Virus record (IMG/VR): IMGVR_UViG_3300013902_000009
Span: 1-64,000 of that record
Reading direction: 5' to 3' (one strand)
From: a virus
Lineage: Duplodnaviria > Caudoviricetes
DNA length: 64,000 nucleotides
Position numbers and translations under genes: made by a program
In this document: positions 28,294 through 36,889 of the stretch, piece by piece
Position numbering within the stretch: the stretch's first letter is position 1
Layout of the letters: each line of letters opens with the position of its first letter
Notes under the pieces: generated by a model
The model's database searches: none
The model's input: only the letters and a program-made list of their open reading frames with translations
Told to the model about the DNA's origin: nothing

Positions 28294-28348
28294 CGACAAT
28301 TTATTCGACCTTTTGACCAATAGTGAGACCCTCTCGTACAGGTAATAT

Positions 28349-28383
28349 AAAAAAAACAAGAGAGCGTCCCTCTGGACGCTCCC
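28349..28383 (-). terminator. intrinsic terminator
   Basis: GAGCGTCC/GGACGCTC stem, then TTG and U8 on the minus strand. Confidence 0.75.
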
Positions 28384-28391
28384 AAGTTATA

Positions 28392-28676
28392 CTAGAACCT
28401 TACGCGATAAATATCCTCATCTCCGTCACGCCCTAGCGCGATGATATCGGCTCTCGCGAGGTCTTCCTTGGTTACGACATCCCTGTCTACGGAATCCCTG
28501 TCGAAGTTGAGCCAGCGTGTCGTTCCGCTTTTGAGCATGAGCAGACATGATTTGCCATACTCGCCGGTGAACACCTTGATTGAGATTACCTCATTAAGGT
28601 CTTCGTCAGACATTTTCTCCACTGACTTGACGGCCCAGTTGGAATAACCCTTCTTAAGTTTGTCAAATATAGACAT
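28392..28676 (-). CDS. conserved crAss-like small beta-rich protein
   Basis: MSIFDKLK...WAVKS...EYGKSC...EDIYRV. Confidence 0.75.
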   Translation of the reverse strand: MSIFDKLKKGYSNWAVKSVEKMSDEDLNEVISIKVFTGEYGKSCLLMLKSGTTRWLNFDRDSVDRDVVTKEDLARADIIALGRDGDEDIYRVRF

Positions 28677-28898
28677 GATGTAAGTGATTAAATGTTAATA
28701 ATAAAGACAAGGGTTGAATAAAAAGTAAGGTTAAACTTACCTTCCCAACCCAATTGAGGGGAAGGTAATCCCCACAGCGTTTCTAATATACAGCAAAATA
28801 AAAGGTAGGCGAAGCCTACTCCAGCGAGCAGCAACGACATATAACCTTCTACAACACGGTAGACAACAATAACGGATAGCCTCTCGGACATGGCGTAC

Positions 28899-28925
28899 AA
28901 AAAAAACAAGGGGATTAACCCCTTG
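28899..28925 (-). terminator. intrinsic terminator
   Basis: CAAGGGG/CCCCTTG stem followed by U8. Confidence 0.75.
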
Positions 28926-28931
28926 CTTTAA

Positions 28932-29255
28932 TTAGAATGGAAGATTATTATCTTCCTTTTCATAATGTAGTTTCTCGCATACTTGACTACCTCTCCTGAA
29001 TAAGCATATAAAACATCTGCTCTTATCGAGTTTGGTACCGATTGGTATATCGTTAGAGTCTAAGGTTAGGCTATAATAACAATAGCCATCATAAGTCTCA
29101 ATCCTTGCTGAATTACAACGATAAGACGAATCTTTAGGAGCTACTACCTCAATACTCATTATTGAGTTTAAGTCGTCTTGGTCGAATTTACTCCTTTGCG
29201 ATTTATCTTCAACCCATTGTTTGCCGAAGAATTGTTTGTTTTCTAAATGTCCCAT
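28932..29255 (-). CDS. probable distant paralogue of 28392..28676
   Basis: Shared W...DDLN.(I/V).SI.V...DS layout; ends DNNLPF. Confidence 0.7.
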   Translation of the reverse strand: MGHLENKQFFGKQWVEDKSQRSKFDQDDLNSIMSIEVVAPKDSSYRCNSARIETYDGYCYYSLTLDSNDIPIGTKLDKSRCFICLFRRGSQVCEKLHYEKEDNNLPF

Positions 29256-29279
29256 AATCATTAATTGTTTGATTGTTTA

Positions 29280-29516
29280 TTAATTATCTATTGGTGGTTC
29301 TTTATAATTAAACACGCCGTAATATTTGTAATATTCATCTGTTTTGCTAAGTGTATCTAAGTAAAAGTTAGGCTTATCAATAAATACTCTATGAATTAGC
29401 ATCTGGCAAGCCCATAACTTTTCTTTTGTGTAGTAATATTTGATTGATATCCAAGCAAAAGCAATGATAAGTATTATAATTACTAGATACTTTATTTTGG
29501 AAATAATATTATGCAT
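29280..29516 (-). CDS. small membrane protein
   Basis: Likely start MHNIIS; one TM helix. Confidence 0.6.
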   Translation of the reverse strand: MHNIISKIKYLVIIILIIAFAWISIKYYYTKEKLWACQMLIHRVFIDKPNFYLDTLSKTDEYYKYYGVFNYKEPPIDN

Positions 29517-29731
29517 ATTAATATCAATATAGCTATTGATGTAATTATGACACTTCGAGTTAAGCAATAAATAGCGCTTATAAAACCGATAGCGCAGCAT
29601 ACTACGCAAAGAAACAATATTGCAGCCAATAATACCACTAGTGATGCGAAGAATTTATTTACTCCATGCTTTTTAGCATCTTCAAAGAAGTCTTCTATGG
29701 AGTATTTGATTTTATTGATTAACCTACACAT
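29492..29731 (-). CDS. small membrane protein
   Basis: Two hydrophobic helices. Confidence 0.65.
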   Translation of the reverse strand: MCRLINKIKYSIEDFFEDAKKHGVNKFFASLVVLLAAILFLCVVCCAIGFISAIYCLTRSVIITSIAILILICIILFPK

Positions 29732-29927
29732 ATTTATAGAATAAGTAAGATATTACACATGCAAACAATAGAATACCAACCCAACCGCAATGTATTGGGA
29801 ACCAATTTATAAACCATAATACTCCTATTAAAACACCGAAGATTATAACTAATGCTACTATTGTAATTATAAACCAAGTTAATATAAAAGGTAATATACC
29901 TTCATCTTTGCGATTCTTCCAACTCAT
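29724..29927 (-). CDS. small membrane protein
   Basis: MSWKNRK..., two hydrophobic helices. Confidence 0.65.
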   Translation of the reverse strand: MSWKNRKDEGILPFILTWFIITIVALVIIFGVLIGVLWFINWFPIHCGWVGILLFACVISYLFYKYV

Positions 29928-29929
29928 AT

Positions 29930-30127
29930 TTACCTCCATTCTACGTTAAAACCCTCGCTAGCGTATAACTTAATATCGTTTCTACTGATACGTATGGTTT
30001 TGCCAAAAATTGTTACATAAGGCTGCTTCGGGTTAGCTTTTACAGCCTTTCCATTTGTACGAATAGAATCCATTGTGTGCCAATTACTGCTTGTAACTAG
30101 CACGGCATTTGGTTTTGTGTTTGCCAT
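29930..30127 (-). CDS. hypothetical protein
   Basis: 65-aa ORF. Confidence 0.65.
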   Translation of the reverse strand: MANTKPNAVLVTSSNWHTMDSIRTNGKAVKANPKQPYVTIFGKTIRISRNDIKLYASEGFNVEWR

Positions 30128-30196
30128 AATTATTTATGCCCGATATTAAACCCTCGATAGCACAGGTTTAGAATGTGATTATTAACCTTTCTTTTA

Positions 30197-30517
30197 CTAC
30201 TTATTCCTCGGAGTGTATTTTCTACCAAGAGACTGACAAATCTCCCTTGAGATTTCCTCGCCAAGGTATTTGCGATAAATCTTACCGCTCTTTTGAGAGG
30301 TCTTATTGATATAGCAAGAACCAGTAGGCCCAATATAGATGTCGTAAACAACACCTTTGGAATCCTTGTAGGTAAACCCAGTCTTTTCCTCGGCTTTGCT
30401 TGCTTTGGACTTGGCTTGCTCAACATAAACCTTACCCTCACGTTTAACGTCTTGGGCTGAGACGGTAACACCCACACCTAGTACGAGTGCTGCAATCATA
30501 ATGAATCTGTAAAACAT
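30197..30517 (-). CDS. signal-peptide protein, first gene of the left block
   Basis: MFYRFIMIAALVLGVGVTVSA|QDV...TGFTYKDSKG.VY.IY...SGKIYRKYL. Confidence 0.75.
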   Translation of the reverse strand: MFYRFIMIAALVLGVGVTVSAQDVKREGKVYVEQAKSKASKAEEKTGFTYKDSKGVVYDIYIGPTGSCYINKTSQKSGKIYRKYLGEEISREICQSLGRKYTPRNK

Positions 30518-30613
30518 AATGATATAAAACCCACCAATAAACACGTGGTGTAATCGTGGCCGCCACACAGAAAAGCACTGGCAGCTAGTGCAGGAGTGAC
30601 GCTCTATTAGTTA

Positions 30614-30850
30614 GGAGAGGTAAGTCTCTCTCTCGAAGAGACGAGTCTCTCGCTTACTCTCTCCGGATGGTAAGGTGCGACCCGTCAGACTTGACGGGGG
30701 TACCCTCCCCGTGGGCGTCACCCCACGGGGAGGGTAAGGTAAGAATCCTCCGTTTATATAAATAAAATAAAAAAAATGCTAATCCCTCGCTTATAGAAAT
30801 AAAAAAACCAAAAAAAAGAATCCCTCCGCTTTTATATATAAAATAAAAAA
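30614..30850. other. putative replication origin or genome-end region: GC hairpins plus three direct repeats
   Basis: Perfect 15-bp inverted repeat at 30701-30736; hairpin at 30681-30698; AATCC(C)TC(C)G..TATA repeats at 30744, 30781 and 30819; lies at the strand switch beside a RepL-like gene. Confidence 0.55.
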
Positions 30851-31150
30851 GTTTTTTTTAGCCTGTTCTTTGTTTAGAAAAATTACAAAAAAAAATAAAA
30901 AAAAAATAAGTTTTGTTTAACCTATATTTTACTTTACTTCTTCTTGGTTTGCTTTGTGGTTGTTTTCAAAAGTTGAAGAGCCAATATTGCGTTGTAATAG
31001 ATATAAATAAGGAATAAGTCTTTAATTGATTGATTGTCAATTTATTTGCGGTTACGTTTATACTCTGTTATTATAATAGTTTTACTTGGTTGAGGTATTG
31101 GTTTTACTTGGCTGAAGTAATACTTATAATCGAAAATGATTATAAGTAGA

Positions 31151-31181
31151 TTTGATTTAATAAAATCTTATACTATATTTG
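31151..31181 (+). promoter_or_regulatory. Bacteroidota promoter
   Basis: TTTG-19nt-TATATTTG. Confidence 0.8.
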
Positions 31182-31200
31182 CGGTATAAATAATATTATT

Positions 31201-31650
31201 ATGGAAGTAAAAGAAAAAATTGTTGTTGATTGCGACAGCGGGGAAGTTATAGAGCATACCGCCGATATAGTAAGGGTTAGAAAGATAAGTAGTGATTCTT
31301 TTGTAAATGTTTATCTTGATGATATGTCCGGTATATTGAATGTCAAGTCAAAGACTGACTTGCGCATACTTGCTTGGATGTGGAAGTTTTCTTCGTTTCC
31401 GAGTGATGAGTGTCCCGGCAACTGTGTATTCTTATGTGATATGCTTATGGAGCGTATAGAGAAAGATTTGTGCATCTCAAGACAGACTATAAGGAATTGT
31501 ATCTGCAATATGTCAAAATCTAAGATTCTCGTGAAAGACAAGAAGCACAGGGCTACTTATTATTTGAATCCAAAGTATTTCTTCAAGAGGAGGTTAGAGG
31601 ATTTGCCTAAGATTAGAAAGGTTATGCTCGAATACGAGATTATTGATTAG
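31201..31650 (+). CDS. RepL-like winged-helix replication protein
   Basis: VVD.DSGEV start, FVNVY, HTH ISRQTIRNCI, YYLNPKYFFK. Confidence 0.75.
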   Translation: MEVKEKIVVDCDSGEVIEHTADIVRVRKISSDSFVNVYLDDMSGILNVKSKTDLRILAWMWKFSSFPSDECPGNCVFLCDMLMERIEKDLCISRQTIRNCICNMSKSKILVKDKKHRATYYLNPKYFFKRRLEDLPKIRKVMLEYEIID

Positions 31651-31696
31651 TATTAACGTTGTCTTTTCGAAGCGCGGGTGATACCGGGAGAATTGT

Positions 31697-31704
31697 TATA
31701 TTTG
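31697..31704 (+). promoter_or_regulatory. Bacteroidota -7 element
   Basis: TATATTTG 16 nt before the ATG. Confidence 0.6.
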
Positions 31705-31720
31705 CGAAAAACTAAAGGTT

Positions 31721-32122
31721 ATGAAAAAGTTTTTTAATATTATTATCAAGGTTTTGCTTTGGGTGTGGCAGTTTCCTCAGCATTTGTGTGCTCTTGTTTA
31801 TTTAATTAATCAGTTTGATAGAGTTGATAGTCCTATAAGGTATTATAAAAGACGTGATTGTGAGGATGGTGGTGCTGTTACTCTAGGTGAGTATATATTT
31901 ATAAACAAGAAGTACAGTAAGAAAACGCTTATTCATGAGTACGGCCATGTTATACAATCGAGAATATTAGGACCTTTTTATCTTCTTGTTATTGGTATTC
32001 CTAGTATATTACATGCTTGGCTACATGATTATATATGTAATAATAAGGATTACTATCATTTTTATACTGAGAAATGGGCTAATAAGCTTGGTGATAAATA
32101 TTTTGTAAAACATATTAAATAA
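31721..32122 (+). CDS. HExxH putative metallopeptidase, membrane-associated
   Basis: WQFPQ...VTLG.YIF...HEYGH..QS..LGP.YL...TEKWAN. Confidence 0.75.
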   Translation: MKKFFNIIIKVLLWVWQFPQHLCALVYLINQFDRVDSPIRYYKRRDCEDGGAVTLGEYIFINKKYSKKTLIHEYGHVIQSRILGPFYLLVIGIPSILHAWLHDYICNNKDYYHFYTEKWANKLGDKYFVKHIK

Positions 32123-32130
32123 TAAAGATT

Positions 32131-32637
32131 ATGAAGAATAAAAGAATTGGTAAGATTTTGGGTAAGACAATCCTATTGGATACTCCACCTTATGGCGACA
32201 AGAAAGCTAGAGCTAATGAGATTGTAATAGAAAAAACCGATAGTATTAGCAATAACGATATTGATAAATATATAAAAAACCTACGGTTTTGTGTTGTTAA
32301 AAATATTATATCAACAGATGAAGAACTATCATTTGAGAGTTATACTGGAAAGATAATTAATATTTATAAAGACGGAAGATACACACCAATAGCAGGATTA
32401 TTTGGAAAATATGACGAACTTGTTTTTAGGTATGTATTTAACCCTGATAATGATCATCTCGATATCATACCTGTATATAATAAAAAATTTGATGAAGCAG
32501 TTGATATTAATTTAGTTAATATAATAGTTTCTCCAGATGAAAGAATCCCCAATGAGTTCAAAATGATAAGGACAGAAATTTTTCGTGAAATAATTGAATG
32601 CTTAGGCATTGGTACAATTACAGGCCCAGCTGAATAA
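32131..32637 (+). CDS. hypothetical protein
   Basis: 168-aa ORF. Confidence 0.65.
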   Translation: MKNKRIGKILGKTILLDTPPYGDKKARANEIVIEKTDSISNNDIDKYIKNLRFCVVKNIISTDEELSFESYTGKIINIYKDGRYTPIAGLFGKYDELVFRYVFNPDNDHLDIIPVYNKKFDEAVDINLVNIIVSPDERIPNEFKMIRTEIFREIIECLGIGTITGPAE

Positions 32638-32649
32638 ATATGACAGAAT

Positions 32650-32808
32650 ATGCCAATAAAAATAAATCCTAAAAACAAGGGTAAATTCAATGCTACCAAA
32701 AAGCGCACTGGTAAAACTACTGAGGAACTAACGCATAGCAAGAATCCTTTAACTAAGAAAAGAGCTATATTTGCCCAGAATGCAAGGAAGTGGAATAAAA
32801 AAGGTTAG
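32650..32808 (+). CDS. small basic crAss-like protein (52 aa)
   Basis: MPIKINPKNKGKFNATKKRTGK...KRAIFAQNARKW. Confidence 0.75.
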   Translation: MPIKINPKNKGKFNATKKRTGKTTEELTHSKNPLTKKRAIFAQNARKWNKKG

Positions 32809-32810
32809 TT

Positions 32811-34970
32811 ATGTCAAGATGGGATAAACTTTCTATGGGGGACAGGGCTGCTCTTGTCTCCCTTTTTATTAATAATGGGGTTGTTAACCCAAATGAAATG
32901 CGCCGCATATACGATGATGGAGGCGATGTCGAGAATATAAAACCTGCTGTTGCAGAGGCTTCGTACCCGAGGGAGAGGGAGGTGCTTGATTTGATAGACA
33001 AATCAGACGCCGATTTTGTGTCGAGGCTTAAGGATGAGAATAGGGTTACCATTCCTGATTGGGAAGGCAAGGGAGAGACAGCTACTCATAAACTCAGTTA
33101 CGCCGAGGTTGACGGCAAGTATATTGTCTATCCTTTGGTGCAGAATATAGATGGCAAGCTGTATGACTTTAGCGACCCGCAATACGGGATGGATAATGGT
33201 TGGCAAGCGTTTGATTCAGCTTTGTATGCGGGTGATTATGTCGAGTTGCCATCAAAAGCTAACGCCAGATGGTTTACAGAATCTTATAAAAATCATTATC
33301 CGGGATTTAACAAGTATGACGGTAAGACAGAGAAATCTCAACAGATGGTAAAACTTGGAGAAGATGATTATTTTATTCCAGAAGAGCTTGAGGCTGCTGT
33401 TGTTACTGTCGATAGTAATGATAAGCCTAAGATAGAGATACCTATAAACTACCTCTTTCCAGAGCGGAATGATGTCGATAATAAAATTAATACTCTTCGC
33501 GATGTGATGCAGGATTTAATTGATAGAGAGAAAAAGAAAAAGTCAACATCTGTTGATATATTAAAGAGTTACAGAAGTGCTTATGATAATCCTTTCCTTT
33601 ATAACCCTTTTTATTTTAGTAATATTAATAAACTTAAAGATGGAGGGGAACTTAATAATTCTTCTAAAATAACATTTCAAGACCAATCTAGAAGAGGGTT
33701 AAAAAAAGCAGCAAGAGAGGCTGTTTTTAATGATAACCCATATAATCCAGAAGAGAATGATACTTTCCTTAACGATTATATGAGTGATAATAATATAGTA
33801 TCATTTGATAGTAAAAGGTCCAAAAGAATATTTGATAGGAATCTAAAGAAAAATATAAAGCTAAAAAATAGAGTGCTTTATGGTGATGGATATGGTGTTT
33901 TGCCTACAAAAGATAGTGGTTATAACGTAATATATTCACCGGAAGGTAAAATATTTACAAGGTCTGAAAAGCCACTATCAAACGAAGATGCAATTATGTT
34001 AGCTTTTGTTCCAGCGGGAGGTGGTGCATCATTAGCAGAAAAAGGTGTGCAAACTGCTAGTAATGCAATAACTAAGCTATCTCCAAATATTTCTAAGGTT
34101 GCATTTAATTCATATAGAAAAATAGCATATCCATTAGCAAAAATAGACTACACGCTCAGGCCATCAACATATTTAGCAAAACTAATGAATCGTGCTGGAT
34201 TTTCTAAATCAAAAACAGCAGCAGCTGGATTAGCTACAGATATTGGGTTATATAATATCATTCCCGGAGCTATATCGTATAATAAATATACTAATACAGG
34301 AAATACAGATTATAAAAGTGATGCTATAAATAGTATGATTGGTATATTTCCTAATATTATGGGGAAATATATTGCCGGTACATCATATATTGATGATTAT
34401 ATAACAAAACTTAATAAACAAAGAGCTGATAATATCTTTGATAAGACTATTTTGTTTGATTCATCTCTTGCAAACTCATCATCATTTAGAAATAGACCGC
34501 GTATAAGAAGGGTTAATAGATTAGGAGATGCATATGCTGAATATTCATCAGTTGATAATGTTGTTAATCTTCCCTATGTAGATAATGTATATTCTTTATC
34601 TAATGTAGGAAATCCTAAAGCTTTAGATTCATCTCTTTCACATGAATTTCAACATGTATTGACTGATCATTCTTATAAATCATCATATACTATTCCATCA
34701 AAAGAATATTATACGGCAGCTCATGGCTTTAGCAAATTCTTACCGTTTTATAAAAATTATACTAAAGGTATGAATTGGAAATCATCACCTGATGAATTTT
34801 TATCTAATATGGCAGAATACAACTTTTTGATGGGTACTAGTGGAAAACGACTTGATGAACTTAATAAAATACAAAGAATGAATTATATAAATAATATGTC
34901 TAAAGATTTTAATATGACAAAACAAGAAGTGGAAGATTTAATAAGAGCCTTTGAAAGTGGTATTATATAA
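32811..34970 (+). CDS. modular virion/cargo-like protein with a C-terminal HExxH zincin motif
   Basis: WDKLSM.DRA N-terminus; YDDGG and LKDGG linkers; SHEFQH...PDE. Confidence 0.7.
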   Translation: MSRWDKLSMGDRAALVSLFINNGVVNPNEMRRIYDDGGDVENIKPAVAEASYPREREVLDLIDKSDADFVSRLKDENRVTIPDWEGKGETATHKLSYAEVDGKYIVYPLVQNIDGKLYDFSDPQYGMDNGWQAFDSALYAGDYVELPSKANARWFTESYKNHYPGFNKYDGKTEKSQQMVKLGEDDYFIPEELEAAVVTVDSNDKPKIEIPINYLFPERNDVDNKINTLRDVMQDLIDREKKKKSTSVDILKSYRSAYDNPFLYNPFYFSNINKLKDGGELNNSSKITFQDQSRRGLKKAAREAVFNDNPYNPEENDTFLNDYMSDNNIVSFDSKRSKRIFDRNLKKNIKLKNRVLYGDGYGVLPTKDSGYNVIYSPEGKIFTRSEKPLSNEDAIMLAFVPAGGGASLAEKGVQTASNAITKLSPNISKVAFNSYRKIAYPLAKIDYTLRPSTYLAKLMNRAGFSKSKTAAAGLATDIGLYNIIPGAISYNKYTNTGNTDYKSDAINSMIGIFPNIMGKYIAGTSYIDDYITKLNKQRADNIFDKTILFDSSLANSSSFRNRPRIRRVNRLGDAYAEYSSVDNVVNLPYVDNVYSLSNVGNPKALDSSLSHEFQHVLTDHSYKSSYTIPSKEYYTAAHGFSKFLPFYKNYTKGMNWKSSPDEFLSNMAEYNFLMGTSGKRLDELNKIQRMNYINNMSKDFNMTKQEVEDLIRAFESGII

Positions 34971-35017
34971 TAAGATATACTTCTTAATAAATAATTTATT
35001 GTATAACCATTAATTTA

Positions 35018-35048
35018 TTTGTAATATCAACCATTCTTATTATATTTG
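35018..35048 (+). promoter_or_regulatory. Bacteroidota promoter
   Basis: TTTG-19nt-TATATTTG upstream of the tRNAs. Confidence 0.8.
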
Positions 35049-35138
35049 CATTATGATTGATAATTGATTGACATAGCCTCCTTTTTCAGGCGTAGTTCGA
35101 CTTAAGACTCATGCGTGTTTTTGGAGGCTTTTTTTTAT

Positions 35139-35211
35139 GGCGGGTTAGCGCAGTGGCAGCGTGTGAGTCTCATAATCTCAAAGTCGTATGGTTCGAATCC
35201 TACACCCGCTT
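35139..35211 (+). tRNA. tRNA-Met(CAU), atypical
   Basis: Acceptor GGCGGGU/ACCCGCU, anticodon loop CU-CAU-AA, T-loop UUCGAAU; bulged T-stem. Confidence 0.75.
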
Positions 35212-35222
35212 CAAGTTTATAC

Positions 35223-35294
35223 GGGCTTATCGTATAAAGGTTATTACTGGTGACTGTTAATCACTCTATTGAGGTTCGAGTCCTTGTAAGCCCG
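35223..35294 (+). tRNA. tRNA-Asn(GUU)
   Basis: Acceptor GGGCUUA/UAAGCCC, loop CU-GUU-AA, T-loop UUCGAGU, discriminator G. Confidence 0.85.
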
Positions 35295-35313
35295 CTTATT
35301 AATGACACTGCTT

Positions 35314-35460
35314 ATGAGTATGTTTAAAGTAATACAAGGAAATACTGTGTCTGAGGTTATACGACTAGCTAATGCTAATGGTATTACTAAGGAAGAATAT
35401 GTTCAACTTTTAATCAATGACGGTAGTGTCATTCTTGTATATTATCAAGAATATGAATAA
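35314..35460 (+). CDS. small hypothetical protein (48 aa)
   Basis: MSMFKVIQGNTVSEVIRLANANGITKEEYVQLL... Confidence 0.6.
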   Translation: MSMFKVIQGNTVSEVIRLANANGITKEEYVQLLINDGSVILVYYQEYE

Positions 35461-35659
35461 TCGCGAAGAATATAATGATGAACCTGTATTTTGGTGTAGC
35501 AGATGCTTGTCTCTAAAAGTCAAGTGTGAGGATGGGCTTGATTATTGCGACGAATGCGGCTGTGGAGATATAGGTGAATCATCTTTTGAGGATTGGGAGA
35601 AAATGTATGTTAAACGCTACGGCAGAAAATTTACAGAGTATGGAAGAAAAAGTTACTAA
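35453..35659 (+). CDS. zinc-ribbon protein
   Basis: YNDEPVFWCSRCLSL...CDECG, two CxxC motifs. Confidence 0.75.
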   Translation: MNNREEYNDEPVFWCSRCLSLKVKCEDGLDYCDECGCGDIGESSFEDWEKMYVKRYGRKFTEYGRKSY

Positions 35660-35891
35660 AGGTATCGAAGAACTCAAGGCTGAGAATGAGATGCTTAAGA
35701 AACAGCTGGGTAATGTTTATAACCAACTAAAAGAAAGAGATTTTGCTATCATGATGAATAGGCTTAGCTTTCTATTCAAAATTGTTGAAAACAACTCTAT
35801 GTTTGATGCTGACACAATAGTGATGGCTACAGACGAAATAAAAGAAGCATTATTTCCTAAAGAGGAAGATAACAAGTCTAAGGAGGCTTAG
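35640..35891 (+). CDS. coiled-coil hypothetical protein
   Basis: Likely start MEEKVTK. Confidence 0.7.
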   Translation: MEEKVTKGIEELKAENEMLKKQLGNVYNQLKERDFAIMMNRLSFLFKIVENNSMFDADTIVMATDEIKEALFPKEEDNKSKEA

Positions 35892-35893
35892 TT

Positions 35894-36277
35894 ATGAGTA
35901 GAATAGCTGACAGCGTTATAAAAATTGATGCACCTGTCAATAATAACTTCTTTAAGAGTTGGTTTATGTTTTTAGAGCCTTTCCATCACTTAACAGATAA
36001 AGAGATGGATGTTATGGCTTCATTCGCTAAGCATAGATACGAGCTTGGTAAATCAATAAAAGATGACGCACTGCTTGATAGATTTCTATTTAGTGAAGAA
36101 GTTAAGCGTCAAATAAGGGAAGAGCTTGGTATGACCGCTAATAATTTTCAAGTTGTTATGGGTAAGTTTAAAAAGAAGGGGGTTATGCTTGAAGGTAAGA
36201 TTAATCCAAAACTTTTGCCTAATCTTGATTATGATAATCCAAGCTGTTATAAGTTAATGATTTACTTCAAGCTATGA
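35894..36277 (+). CDS. putative winged-helix protein
   Basis: LTDKEMDV...IREELGM..NNFQV.MGKFKKKG. Confidence 0.65.
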   Translation: MSRIADSVIKIDAPVNNNFFKSWFMFLEPFHHLTDKEMDVMASFAKHRYELGKSIKDDALLDRFLFSEEVKRQIREELGMTANNFQVVMGKFKKKGVMLEGKINPKLLPNLDYDNPSCYKLMIYFKL

Positions 36278-36543
36278 AAAATCATAATGAAGATATAATT
36301 AAGGATGTAGCAGAAAAGACAGGTTATTCTTACGATACAGTATTAGGAGTATATAATACCTACTTCAAACAAATGAGGAAGTGTATGGAACGTTATGACT
36401 TCTTTACTAACTTTAAACCAGAAGATTATAAAGGGTTAAAAACTAAATTTCCTTTATTTCAATTAGGTTATCTTTATATATCATTAGAAAGAGTATTAAA
36501 AATAAATAGAAAGAAAATATGGAGTCTTATAAATACCGTTTAA
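36274..36543 (+). CDS. HU/IHF-like DNA-binding protein
   Basis: IIKDVAEKTGYS.D.V..VY...F.L..LG.L. Confidence 0.6.
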   Translation: MKNHNEDIIKDVAEKTGYSYDTVLGVYNTYFKQMRKCMERYDFFTNFKPEDYKGLKTKFPLFQLGYLYISLERVLKINRKKIWSLINTV

Positions 36544-36887
36544 TCAAAGAGTTTTGTGACCTTGATGTCAATATGGACAAGCTCGATATGTTTATCGAGG
36601 CGAAAAAGCAGGAAGGCGTTGACGTGCATAAAGCATATCCGCATCATATAGAGCAGAAGGATGCTATGCTTGACTACAGCAAGGCTCTTGCCAACAGGCT
36701 TATGGAAGAGTGTATACTTTCGGAGTTTATGGATGAGGTGAAGAAATCCATAAACATAGACGAGCCTGAGGAGAAGAATCCCAGTGAGTCTCAGGAGGAA
36801 CTTAACAAGGCGATCGAGGAGGCTGTTGTCAAGTCAATCAAGGAGTGCTTCGGGATTGATGTAAAGGTTGATATTAAAAATCTGTAG
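36519..36887 (+). CDS. hypothetical helical-hairpin phage protein
   Basis: RL.KE..DL....DKL..FI...Q..AM..Y...L..RL. Confidence 0.7.
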   Translation: MESYKYRLIKEFCDLDVNMDKLDMFIEAKKQEGVDVHKAYPHHIEQKDAMLDYSKALANRLMEECILSEFMDEVKKSINIDEPEEKNPSESQEELNKAIEEAVVKSIKECFGIDVKVDIKNL

Positions 36888-36889
36888 AT

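Noticed and set aside
28104-28316. 70-aa Phe-rich plus-strand ORF
   Set aside because: Translation of a low-complexity tract, against the local gene orientation
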